Of a stretch of 64,000 nucleotides of DNA, positions 1-8,545 are shown one piece after another. The notes under the pieces were generated by a model that did no database searches, was not told the origin of the DNA, and saw only the letters and a list, made by a program, of their open reading frames with translations. The stretch's first letter is position 1. Every line of letters starts with the position of its first letter. The position numbers were made by a program, and so were the translations under genes. Origin of the DNA: Planctomycetota bacterium (GTDB lineage: Bacteria > Planctomycetota > UBA1135 > UBA2386); the NCBI GenBank assembly GCA_965228735.1, contig OZ245838.1, positions 3,936,001 to 4,000,000 of the forward strand. Direction: 5' to 3'.

Positions 1-174
1 CTGCCGTGCGACATCGACGGTGTGCGTGTGCCCCCCGATCCGCTCCGCCGCCTCGAAGACGGTGACCTCGTGTCGCGTCGCGAGCCGTTCGGCCGCGAGC
101 AACCCGGAGATGCCCGTGCCGATCACCGCGATGCGACGCGGTGCTCCATCGATCACGGACGCCCCGCTCGTCAC
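1..174 (-). CDS. FAD-dependent oxidoreductase (amine oxidase/UfaD-like), 5' part only; runs off the window
   Basis: Minus-strand translation VTSGASVIDGAPRRIAVIGTGISGLLAAERLATRHEVTVFEAAERIGGHTHTVDV has a GxGxxG Rossmann motif and the RxGGH motif. GTG start overlaps the desaturase stop (GTGA). Confidence 0.85.
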   Translation of the reverse strand, partial: MTSGASVIDGAPRRIAVIGTGISGLLAAERLATRHEVTVFEAAERIGGHTHTVDVARQ

Positions 175-1106
175 CGTTCGTCCTTCGGCAGCATCCGATC
201 CCGCGCACGCGCGCGGGCGGGCAGCGGCCGGATACCGGCAACGAGCCCGAGGCATGCCATCGTCCACAACACGTAGAATGAGACGTCGATCTGCCACCAA
301 CGGAAGCCCTGGCGCACGTTGCCGGGGCACCAGTGATGATTGTTGTGCCAGCCTTCGCCGAGCGTGAGCACCGCGAGCACGAGGGAGTTGCGACTGTGAT
401 CGCGTGTCGGCCACACGCGCCGGCCGAGCACGTGACCGGCGCTGTTCACGAGTGCAGTCACGTGGAAGAGCGCGGTCGTCGAGATGCAGAAGCCCCAGAC
501 GACCATCTGCAGCGCGGACGTCTCGAGCGCCGGCGAGGTCGCCTCGAGGACGGCGCCCAGGCCTGCGAGCGCGAGCACGAGCAGGATCGGCACGATCCGG
601 TCGTGTCGATCGAGCCAGACGAGCTCGGGGAACTTCGCGAGATCCTGAACCTGCGAGAGGTCGGTGCGCCAACCCGACCGCGTCGTGAACCACCCGATGT
701 GTGACCACCAGAAGCCGTGCACGTGCGGCGAGTGCGGATCCGCGCTCGTGTCCGAACCGCGGTGGTGCTTGCGATGATGGGCCGCCCACCACAGCGGCCC
801 GCGCTGGACCGCGGCGGCGCCGAGCAGCGCGGCGGCGAACTGCACCGGCCGCGACATCCGGTAAGTCCGATGCGCGAAGTAGCGGTGGTAGAACGCCGTG
901 ATGGCGAACATCCGCACGAGGTAGAGTAGGCTCGCGACGGCGACGGCGACCGGACTCCAGCCCACGACGAGAACGAGGAGGCAACCCGCGTGCATCACGA
1001 GCCACGGACTGATCCGCCCCCACTGCACTGCGTCGTCCGGGCCTCGGCGACGGGCGGGGTCGGTGTCGGTCGCCGAAGGCGGGAGAGCGGGCTGGATGGC
1101 GGTCAC
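171..1106 (-). CDS. Acyl-CoA/acyl-lipid (delta-9-like) fatty acid desaturase
   Basis: His boxes HRYFAH, HRKHH and GEGWHNNHH, plus TM segments. Start is GTG 1106 or GTG 1121. Confidence 0.92.
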   Translation of the reverse strand: MTAIQPALPPSATDTDPARRRGPDDAVQWGRISPWLVMHAGCLLVLVVGWSPVAVAVASLLYLVRMFAITAFYHRYFAHRTYRMSRPVQFAAALLGAAAVQRGPLWWAAHHRKHHRGSDTSADPHSPHVHGFWWSHIGWFTTRSGWRTDLSQVQDLAKFPELVWLDRHDRIVPILLVLALAGLGAVLEATSPALETSALQMVVWGFCISTTALFHVTALVNSAGHVLGRRVWPTRDHSRNSLVLAVLTLGEGWHNNHHWCPGNVRQGFRWWQIDVSFYVLWTMACLGLVAGIRPLPARARARDRMLPKDER

Positions 1107-1128
1107 GAACGAGATCCTCACGCTAACG

Positions 1129-1155
1129 TTCGCGCAGGTCGAGAACGCAGATGCA
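1129..1155 (-). promoter_or_regulatory. Putative ECF (SigK-like) promoter TGCATCT-N15-GCGAA for the desaturase operon
   Basis: Matches the motif repeated upstream of several genes in this window. Confidence 0.7.
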
Positions 1156-1163
1156 GTTCGCCC

Positions 1164-1190
1164 TGCATCCCGCGGGGGAATCCCGGCGAA
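1164..1190 (+). promoter_or_regulatory. Putative ECF promoter TGCATCC-N15-GCGAA for DUF1295-CFA
   Basis: Exact motif ending just upstream of ATG 1205. Confidence 0.75.
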
Positions 1191-1204
1191 CCGACCTGTT
1201 ACGC

Positions 1205-2026
1205 ATGAACCCGTTCGCCGCCGCTGCTCCGCTCCTGGGTCTCGCCTGGGCCACCCTTGCCGCCCTCTTCGGGCTGCTCTGGTGGCGGCAGACCAAGACC
1301 CGGAATGCGACATCCGTCGATGCCGGCTGGTCGGCGGCGATCGGCGCCGTCGCTCTCGTCGGCGCGATCGCCGGCACGGGCAGCCTGAACCAGCGGATCC
1401 TGCTGGCCGCGCTCGCGCTGGCGTGGAGCGGCCGGTTGACGTGGCATCTCGTGCGCGATCGCATCCTCGCCGAGTCCGAGGAGGACGGCCGCTACCGCGC
1501 TTTGCGTGACGTATTCGGCCAGCGCGAGCAGCTCGGCTTCTTCGCCGTCTACCAGTTCCAGGCGTTCCTCGCGCTCGCGTTTGCCACGCCGTTCGTCGTG
1601 GCCGCCTGGGGCGAGGCCACGAGCATCACGCCGCTGCAGAGCGCCGGCGTCGCGCTCGCCGCGCTCAGCCAGGTGCTCGAGAACATCGCGGATCGCCAGC
1701 TGAGCGCGCACCGCCGCGACCCGAACAATCGCGGCGTCACCTGCCGGCGCGGTCTCTGGCGCTACAGCCGGCATCCGAATTACTTCTTCGAGTGGCTCAC
1801 GTGGTGCGGCTTCGGCCTCGTCCACGTGCCCGCGCTCGGCTGGTTCGCGATGATCGCGCCGGCCCTCATGTTCATCTTCGTCCGCTACTTCTCCGGCATC
1901 CCGTTCACCGAGAAGCGCGCGCTGAAGACGCGCGGCGACGACTACCGCCGCTACATGCAGACGACCAACGCGTTCTTCCCGGGCCCGCCCAGCGCGATTA
2001 CCGAAGCCTCCAACCCATCGTCATGA
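1205..2026 (+). CDS. DUF1295 (steroid 5-alpha-reductase-like) membrane protein
   Basis: EDGRY, ADRQL and GLWRYSRHPNYFFEW motifs; multiple TM helices. Confidence 0.9.
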   Translation: MNPFAAAAPLLGLAWATLAALFGLLWWRQTKTRNATSVDAGWSAAIGAVALVGAIAGTGSLNQRILLAALALAWSGRLTWHLVRDRILAESEEDGRYRALRDVFGQREQLGFFAVYQFQAFLALAFATPFVVAAWGEATSITPLQSAGVALAALSQVLENIADRQLSAHRRDPNNRGVTCRRGLWRYSRHPNYFFEWLTWCGFGLVHVPALGWFAMIAPALMFIFVRYFSGIPFTEKRALKTRGDDYRRYMQTTNAFFPGPPSAITEASNPSS

Positions 2027-3090
2027 CCACCTTCACCGAACGCGCTCTCGAGCGCGGCATCCTGCCCGACGTGCTCGTGCGCTTCGGCATCCGCCGACTC
2101 CTGAAGAAGCGCCTGGAGCGCGAGCAGGTCAGCGACCCCGAGATCTCCGCGCAGCGGCTGCAGGACTGGATCGCGCGCTGCGACGACAGTCCGATCGCGA
2201 TCGACACCGCGGCGGCGAACGACCAGCACTACGAGGTGCCGGCCGCGTTCTTCGAGCGCGTGCTCGGCAAGCATCGCAAGTACAGCAGCGGCCTCTGGAC
2301 CGCGCCGGATGCCACGCTCGACGACGCCGAGGCCGCCATGCTGCTGCAGACCGTCAAGCGCGCCGACATCCAGGACGGCATGCGCGTGCTCGACCTCGGG
2401 TGCGGCTGGGGCTCGATCAGCCTCTGGGTGGCGCCCCACTTCCCGCGGTGCCAGGTCATCGGTGTCAGCAACTCGAACAGCCAACGCGAGTTCATCATGG
2501 CCGAGGCGAGGGCGCGCGGTCTCGACAACCTCGAGATCCGCACGTGCGATGCCAACCGCTTCGAGCTGACCGAGCCCGTCGACCGCATCGTCTCCGTCGA
2601 GATGATGGAGCACACTCGCAACTGGCGCGGCCTGCTTCGGAATGCCAGCCACTGGCTCGTGCCCGACGGCAAGATGTTCGTGCACGTCTTCACGCACCGG
2701 AGCGTGGGCTACGAGTTCGCCGACGCGGGTGACGACGACTGGATGGCGCGGCATTTCTTCACCGGCGGCCAGATGCCGGCGGACAGCCAGCTGCTGCATT
2801 TCCAGGACGACATGCAGGTCGAATCGCACTGGCGCGTGAACGGCCGGCACTACCAGCGCACCGCCGAAGCGTGGCTGCAGAACCTCGACCGGAACCGCTC
2901 GGAGATCACCGAGATCCTGCGCGCGCCGTACGGCGAGCGCGCCGCGGCCATGACCAACCTGTGGCGCGTCTTCTTCATGGCCTGCGCCGAGCTCTGGGGC
3001 TACGACCGCGGCCGCGAGTGGATCGTCTCGCACTACCGGCTTCATCCGCGCGCGGCGAACGTGCGCCCCGTGATCGCCCGCTCGGCGTGA
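2023..3090 (+). CDS. Cyclopropane-fatty-acyl-phospholipid synthase family SAM methyltransferase
   Basis: ANDQHYE, KYSS, LDLGCGWG and IVSVEMMEH motifs; ATGA overlap with DUF1295. Confidence 0.9.
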   Translation: MTTFTERALERGILPDVLVRFGIRRLLKKRLEREQVSDPEISAQRLQDWIARCDDSPIAIDTAAANDQHYEVPAAFFERVLGKHRKYSSGLWTAPDATLDDAEAAMLLQTVKRADIQDGMRVLDLGCGWGSISLWVAPHFPRCQVIGVSNSNSQREFIMAEARARGLDNLEIRTCDANRFELTEPVDRIVSVEMMEHTRNWRGLLRNASHWLVPDGKMFVHVFTHRSVGYEFADAGDDDWMARHFFTGGQMPADSQLLHFQDDMQVESHWRVNGRHYQRTAEAWLQNLDRNRSEITEILRAPYGERAAAMTNLWRVFFMACAELWGYDRGREWIVSHYRLHPRAANVRPVIARSA

Positions 3091-3108
3091 ACATACCGAA
3101 CCCGGTAT
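3086..3108. repeat. Short REP-like unit; 22 bp identical to 40982-41003
   Basis: CGTGAACATACCGAACCCGGTA, containing the hairpin ATACCG-AACC-CGGTAT, between convergent genes. Confidence 0.7.
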
Positions 3109-3115
3109 CTTCGTC

Positions 3116-4171
3116 TCACCGCGCGTCGAGCAATCGGCGGATCTCCGCGGACGCAGAGGTGCCGTCCGTCGCCGCGGCGTCCGCGCCGATCGCGCGGAAC
3201 AAATCGGGCGCGATCGCGAACGGCGCGCCGCCCGCGACGATCGGGGTCGCCTCGCCGACGAGTCGGCGCAGCTCGGTGACGAGAATCGACATCGAGTGCA
3301 GGTGCAGCGGCATCGTCGCGCTCACCGCGATGACGTCGAAGCGCTCGGCCAGCACGCTCTCGAGATCCTGCGGCGGCATGTCGGGACCGAGGTTGTGCAC
3401 CCGCAGCCCCTCCGCCTGCAGGCGCTGTGCGATCATGCGCAGGCCGAAGCTGTGGTTGTCGCCGCTCGTGCCCATGAGCAATACCCTGGGCGCGTCGGCC
3501 GGCGGCTGCGCGATGTGGTCCTGCGCCGCCCACAACACGCGGTCGACGACCTGCGAACTGAAATGCTCCTCGGCGACCTGGATCTCGCCGATCAGCCACA
3601 TCCGGCCCGTCTCGCGCTGCACGGGCACGAGGATCTCGTCGTGCAGCTGCGGCACGGTCATGCCGTCCTGCAGGGCCTGCCGCACGAGCGCAACCGCGTC
3701 GTCGGCGCGCCCCTCGAGCGTCGCGAGCAGGAACTGCCCCGCGAGGCGGCCACGCGGCGTCGTGACATCGAGATGCGGCGTCGGCTCGAACTCGACGTTC
3801 CGCAGCGCAGCGACGCCCGCATCGAGGATCCGCGTCGCGGCCGGCTGTGCCGACCTCGGCAGTTCGTCGATCAACGCCACGCGCAGCGCCTGCAGCGTGG
3901 CGGCGAGGTAGGCGTCCGGCACCGCGCGATGCCGCAAGGCAACCGCGTACCACTGCACCGAGTGAGCGAACAATTCCGCCCGATCGAATTCGACGGCCGC
4001 CGCGAGGTGCTGCAGCCGAACGAGCACATCGTCGCGCGGCGTGGCGAAGCTGCTCGGCAGCTGCGCGAGCAATTCGGCGTGGTCACTCTCGAGGCGCACC
4101 AGTGCGGCGCTCGCGAGGCCACGTTGCGAGGAGCGAATCAGCTCGGCAGCAAACTCCGCAGTCGTAGTCAT
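3116..4171 (-). CDS. Cobalamin-binding protein (globin-like N-domain + B12-binding_2 + B12 Rossmann); CarH/AerR-type photoreceptor motif, no HTH
   Basis: W-x9-EH (WLIGEIQVAEEH), GDNHSFG (DxHxxG), IAVSATM and VAGG motifs. Confidence 0.85.
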   Translation of the reverse strand: MTTTAEFAAELIRSSQRGLASAALVRLESDHAELLAQLPSSFATPRDDVLVRLQHLAAAVEFDRAELFAHSVQWYAVALRHRAVPDAYLAATLQALRVALIDELPRSAQPAATRILDAGVAALRNVEFEPTPHLDVTTPRGRLAGQFLLATLEGRADDAVALVRQALQDGMTVPQLHDEILVPVQRETGRMWLIGEIQVAEEHFSSQVVDRVLWAAQDHIAQPPADAPRVLLMGTSGDNHSFGLRMIAQRLQAEGLRVHNLGPDMPPQDLESVLAERFDVIAVSATMPLHLHSMSILVTELRRLVGEATPIVAGGAPFAIAPDLFRAIGADAAATDGTSASAEIRRLLDAR

Positions 4172-4226
4172 GGGGTCGCGATCGGGTTCTTCGAGCGGCG
4201 GCTGATGGGCGTTCGGGCGAGGGCCG

Positions 4227-4253
4227 TGCATCCGGTCAGACGGGCGGGTCGAA
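4227..4253 (+). promoter_or_regulatory. Putative ECF promoter TGCATCC-N15-TCGAA for the fasciclin gene
   Basis: Motif in the divergent intergenic region, oriented toward the fasciclin gene. Confidence 0.72.
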
Positions 4254-4336
4254 CAGCACAGCCGTGGCCGCCGATCGGCGTATCGACGTCAGCGCCGCCA
4301 CCCATCATCCCACCTAGGACACGCTGGAGACTCTTC

Positions 4337-5641
4337 ATGACCCGTTTCGTCATTCCGATTCTGACTGTTTCTATCCTCGGCGCGAACGCATTCGCGCAAT
4401 CCGGCAACATCGTGGAGGTTGCCAGCAACGCAGGCAAGTTCAACACGCTCATCACGGCCGCGAAGGCTGCCGGGCTGGCCGGCGCCCTGAGCGGCAAGGG
4501 CCCGTTCACGGTGTTCGCCCCGACCGACGCCGCCTTCGGCAAACTCGGTGACGAGGCGATCGCCGATCTGCTGAAGCCGGCGAACAAGGCCAAGCTGGCG
4601 GCGATCCTCAAGTACCACGTCGTCGCCGGGAACGTGCCCGCCTCGGCCGCCATCAAGCTCGACAACGCCAAGACTCTGGGCGGCGAGATGCTGGACCTCG
4701 ATTGGGACGGCAAGGTCCTGACCGTCGGCGGCGCCAAGGTCGTGAGCGCCGACGTCAACGCGAGCAACGGCGTGATCCACGTGATCGACTCCGTGCTGGT
4801 GCCGGACATGCGCCCGAACATCGTGCAGGTCGCGAGCAAGGCCGGTTCGTTCAGCACGCTGCTCGCCGCCGCGAAGGCCGCGGGCCTCGTCGACACGCTG
4901 AGCAACGGTGGCCCGTTCACCGTCTTCGCGCCGACCGACGCCGCGTTCGAGAAGGTCGGCAAGGACACGATCGCGTCGCTCCTCAAGCCGGAGAACAAGG
5001 CCAAGCTCACGGCGATCCTGAAGTACCACGTCGTGAGCGGCAACGTGATGGCCAAGACGGCCGTCAAGCTGAAGCAGGCGGAGGCGATCAGCGGCGCGAC
5101 GATTCCGTTCGCGTTCGACGGCAAGGTCCTCCGCGTCGCCGGCGCGAAGGTCGTGAAGACCGACATCGAGGCCAAGAACGGCGTCATCCACGTCGTGGAC
5201 AGCGTCATGATGCCGCCCAAGACCCCGAACATCGTCGGCGCCGCTGCTGCGGCCGGCAAGTTCGGCACGCTGCTCGCCGCGGCGAAGGCGGCCGGGCTCG
5301 CGGAGACGCTCGGGAACGGCGGTCCGTTCACCGTGTTCGCGCCGACGGACGCCGCGTTCGCCAGGCTCGGCGACGACACGATCGCGATGCTGCTAAAGCC
5401 CGAGAACAAGTCGAAGCTCGTGAACATCCTGAAGTATCACGTCGTCGCCGGGACCGTCCCGAGCGCGACCGCGATCAAGCTCACCGAAGCCAAGGCGATC
5501 AACGGCGGCTCGCTGGCGCTGAAGTTCGACGGCAAGGTCCTGCGCATCGGCGACGCGACGGTCATCCAGGCCGACGTGCCCGCGAGCAACGGCGTCATCC
5601 ACGTCATCGACACCGTCCTGCTCCCGAAGAGCAACGATTGA
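4337..5641 (+). CDS. Secreted protein with three tandem fasciclin (FAS1, MPT70-like) domains
   Basis: Signal peptide followed by three copies of GPFTVFAPTDAAF...ILKYHVV...NGVIHV(I/V)D; RBS GGAGA. Confidence 0.95.
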   Translation: MTRFVIPILTVSILGANAFAQSGNIVEVASNAGKFNTLITAAKAAGLAGALSGKGPFTVFAPTDAAFGKLGDEAIADLLKPANKAKLAAILKYHVVAGNVPASAAIKLDNAKTLGGEMLDLDWDGKVLTVGGAKVVSADVNASNGVIHVIDSVLVPDMRPNIVQVASKAGSFSTLLAAAKAAGLVDTLSNGGPFTVFAPTDAAFEKVGKDTIASLLKPENKAKLTAILKYHVVSGNVMAKTAVKLKQAEAISGATIPFAFDGKVLRVAGAKVVKTDIEAKNGVIHVVDSVMMPPKTPNIVGAAAAAGKFGTLLAAAKAAGLAETLGNGGPFTVFAPTDAAFARLGDDTIAMLLKPENKSKLVNILKYHVVAGTVPSATAIKLTEAKAINGGSLALKFDGKVLRIGDATVIQADVPASNGVIHVIDTVLLPKSND

Positions 5642-5821
5642 TCAACCGCCCCGGCCGGCAGCGTCGCGGCCTTTGGGCCGCGCCGTGGAGCCCGGCCGGG
5701 ACGAAATCCTGCCGGCCTCGCCGCCCGCCGGCTGGCCGATACACCCTAGGTCCAGTTCGTGTCTCCTGACCGCACCTTGTCCGGCGGCCCCTCGACGTCT
5801 TCAATGCGCGGTAGCCAGCGC

Positions 5822-6391
5822 ATGCCAGACACTCTGCTCATCGATGTAGCAGCGGGCCGCCCGGCCGCTGTGGAAGCGTTCTTGAAACGCTACAGCGGGG
5901 CGGTCTGGGGCCTGGCCCGCCGATTCTGCTCCTCGGCCGAAGATGCCGAGGACGCGACCCAGGAGATCTTCGTCGAGGTCTGGAAGAGCGCCGAGCGCTT
6001 CGATCCTCAGGCCGGGAGCGAGCTGACGTTCCTCATGACGATCGCGCGCCGCCGCCTCATCGACCGCACGCGACGACTCGGGCGGCGACCGGCGCCCACT
6101 CTGCTCGAGGATCCGACTACGATCGCCGCTCCCGAGGACAACCGAACCGAACTCGACGACGAAGTGCAGCGCGCCCAGCAGGCCATGACGCAGCTCAAGC
6201 CCGAGCAGCAGCAGGTGCTCGGGCTCGCGCTGGGCCAGGGCCGCACCCACCAGGAGATCTCGGCGGCGATCGGCATCCCGCTCGGCACGGTCAAGAGCCA
6301 CGCACGCCGTGGCCTGATCCGCCTGCGTGAGCTGCTCGGCGCCGACAGTCCGAGCGATGCGCCCTCGACCGGCACGGAGGGGCCGCGATGA
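5822..6391 (+). CDS. ECF sigma factor, SigK-like
   Basis: Region 2 DAEDATQEIFVEVWKSA; region 4 THQEISAAIGIPLGTVKS. Alternative start at 5804. Confidence 0.92.
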   Translation: MPDTLLIDVAAGRPAAVEAFLKRYSGAVWGLARRFCSSAEDAEDATQEIFVEVWKSAERFDPQAGSELTFLMTIARRRLIDRTRRLGRRPAPTLLEDPTTIAAPEDNRTELDDEVQRAQQAMTQLKPEQQQVLGLALGQGRTHQEISAAIGIPLGTVKSHARRGLIRLRELLGADSPSDAPSTGTEGPR

Positions 6392-7224
6392 GCACCACCG
6401 ACAACTTCGACGACCGCAACTACGACGAACGGCTCGAGCAGCTCGCCGAGGCGGTCGTCTTCGCGCACGACGAGACCGTGACGCTGCCGGCGGAGAGCGC
6501 CGAGGTCCGTGAGTTCGAACACATGGCCGCGGTCGCCGCCGCCGTCTTCTCGCGAAGCGACGAAGTGCCGAGCGGACTCGCCGCCCGACTCTCGGCGGAT
6601 GCGCTCGCGTTCTGCGCGGAACGCACCAGCACCAGGCCGGCGCTCGAGCATCTCAGCGGTGGCGAACGCGAGCGAGCGGGCATCACGGCGCCAACCGTCG
6701 AGGCGACGGCGGCGAGGCCGCTGCTCGCTTCCGAGAGGACCGGCGGCACGCCGGCCGTGCTCACGTTCTTGCTCGGAGTCGCCGCCGTCGCCCTCGTGTG
6801 GATCGGCGTCGACATGAGCGCCGCCGACGCGCCTCCCATCGATCTGCTTCGCACCGCGCTCGTCGAACGCTCCGGCACCCGCACCCTGCAGTGGCAGGCC
6901 GGCCCGAGTCCGCTGAGTGGCAGCGTGCAGGGCGACGTCGTGTGGAACGACGAAGCCCAGGAAGGCTACCTGACCTTCGCGGGCCTGCCGCCGCTCGACG
7001 AGACCCGCCGCTTCCAGCTCTGGATCGTCGACGCCGACCGCCCGGACAGCGATCCGGTCGACGGCGGGCTGTTCTCGATCGAGGACAGCAGCCGGTCCGA
7101 GATCGTCCGCATCGACCCCAAGATCCCGATCCGGAAGGCGGCCGCGTTCGTGGTCACCGTCGAGGACTGGGACGGCGTCGTGGTGTCGAAGAAGCAGGAC
7201 GTCGTCGCCGTCGCCGGGCTGTAG
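6388..7224 (+). CDS. Anti-sigma factor, RskA-type
   Basis: One TM helix, then the RskA C-terminal pattern GLPPLD..FQLWIV..PVDGGLF..FVVTVE; translationally coupled to the sigma gene. Confidence 0.88.
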   Translation: MSTTDNFDDRNYDERLEQLAEAVVFAHDETVTLPAESAEVREFEHMAAVAAAVFSRSDEVPSGLAARLSADALAFCAERTSTRPALEHLSGGERERAGITAPTVEATAARPLLASERTGGTPAVLTFLLGVAAVALVWIGVDMSAADAPPIDLLRTALVERSGTRTLQWQAGPSPLSGSVQGDVVWNDEAQEGYLTFAGLPPLDETRRFQLWIVDADRPDSDPVDGGLFSIEDSSRSEIVRIDPKIPIRKAAAFVVTVEDWDGVVVSKKQDVVAVAGL

Positions 7225-7286
7225 CCCGCCCGACGACCGAAGCGAAGCCGACACCGAGCCCGACAACGGAAGGGCGCCCCGCGGAC

Positions 7287-7315
7287 TTGCACGGGACCCC
7301 GCAGCCCGCTACGGT
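7287..7315 (+). promoter_or_regulatory. Sigma70-like promoter of tRNA-Phe (TTGCAC-N17-TACGGT)
   Basis: Canonical 17-nt spacing and a GC-rich discriminator upstream of the tRNA. Confidence 0.55.
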
Positions 7316-7365
7316 CCCCCGCCCGGCTCTCCCGGACGCCCCGACCAGGGCCCCGGCGACCGTTC

Positions 7366-7441
7366 GGGCAGGTAGCTCAGTTGGTAGAGCACAGCACTGA
7401 AAATGCTGGGGTCGGCGGTTCAAATCCGCCCCTGCCCACCA
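7366..7441 (+). tRNA. tRNA-Phe(GAA)
   Basis: Acceptor stem GGGCAGG/CCTGCCC, D arm GCTCAGTTGGTAGAGC, anticodon arm CAGCA-CTGAAAA-TGCTG, T loop GTTCAAATC, encoded CCA. Confidence 0.97.
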
Positions 7442-7559
7442 CTTCTAGGGGGAGCTGATCGCCAAGTTGCGAACCTGCCGTGGAAGGCGGCAGCGCAGCG
7501 CGAGAACTCGTTCCGTGTCGGTCGTTACCGGTTTCGGAGCAGGGAGACGCCTCATCATG

Positions 7560-7810
7560 GCCGGGCCGATGTCGAACGCGCGCTCGAGGAGTTCGAGCGC
7601 GGTCGCGCTGTCCCCGTAGGGCCACGGCGCCTGCGCCAGGAAGCGTCCGCGCAGCACGAGCGGCGCGCCGTTCTCGAACGACGGGTCCGCCGCCATGGCC
7701 GCGCGCGTCGCTGCCGCCAGTCGCGGGCCGAGGCCGGCCAAGAGACTCCGAGCGACGCCTTGCGCTCTCGCTGTCAGGGCGAGGTGCAGCGCGAGGTAGT
7801 GCGCGGCTCG
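7560..7810 (-). pseudogene. Internal fragment of a TPR (TatT-like) protein with no start codon upstream of the conserved segment
   Basis: Reads AHYLALHLALTARAQGVARSLLAGLGPRLAAATRAAMAADPSFENGAPLVLRGRFLAQAPWPYGDSATALELLERAFDIGP; the frame hits TGA upstream without a start. Confidence 0.5.
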
Positions 7811-7839
7811 GGATCTACCCGACGGTGCTCGGCTTCCCG

Positions 7840-8526
7840 ATGCCGACCAACCACTTCCACGCGATCAGCTGGACCGTCACGTTCCTGCTGGTCATCGAGG
7901 TGCTCGACCTCGTGTTCGGGCTCGCGGACTCGGTGTCCCGGACGATCGGCAAGCAGCTCGAGATCTTCTCCCTCGTGCTGCTGCGAAAGACGTTCGACGA
8001 GCTTCCCAAGTTTCCCGAACCGCTGATCGTCGAGGGTCACGTCGACGCGCTTTGGCGCATGGGATCGCAGACCGGCGGCGCGCTGCTCGTGTTCGGACTG
8101 TTGCTCGTCTACTACTCGCTCGAACAGCGCCGGCCGGCAGCCCCGGATCGCACGGACATCGCAGGGTTCATCGCGTTCAAGAAAGTCGTCTGCCTCGTGC
8201 TGCTGGCCGCGTTCACGGTCATCGGCGCCGTGGCCGGCATCCAGAGCGTCACGCTCGTCGACCCCGACGCGACGCTGTCGCTGCGCTTCTTCGAGCTGTT
8301 CTACACGATCCTCGTCTTCGCCGACGTGCTGCTGGTGCTCGCCTCGCTCAGCACCGACGAGAGCTACGGCATCGTCTTCCGCAACTTCGGCTACGCGGTC
8401 GTCACCGTGACCCTGCGGCTGGCGCTCGCGGCCGAGCCGCACCTGAACGCCATCCTCGGCGTCCTCGCCGCCGGCGTGGCCCTGGCGATCGCGTGGCTGT
8501 TCCAGACGTCGCGGCGCCTGGACTGA
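7840..8526 (+). CDS. Multi-pass membrane protein, probably 5'-truncated
   Basis: Hydrophobic helices, NHFHAI...GKQLEIFSLVLLR; upstream in-frame sequence looks non-coding. Confidence 0.6.
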   Translation: MPTNHFHAISWTVTFLLVIEVLDLVFGLADSVSRTIGKQLEIFSLVLLRKTFDELPKFPEPLIVEGHVDALWRMGSQTGGALLVFGLLLVYYSLEQRRPAAPDRTDIAGFIAFKKVVCLVLLAAFTVIGAVAGIQSVTLVDPDATLSLRFFELFYTILVFADVLLVLASLSTDESYGIVFRNFGYAVVTVTLRLALAAEPHLNAILGVLAAGVALAIAWLFQTSRRLD

Positions 8527-8545
8527 CGGGCGCCACGGCGGTGGA

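Noticed and set aside
4400..5630. Long DNA direct repeats
   Set aside because: Explained by three tandem fasciclin domains within one CDS.
7366..7600. Prophage or integrative element at tRNA-Phe
   Set aside because: No integrase, and I found no duplicated tRNA 3' end in the window.
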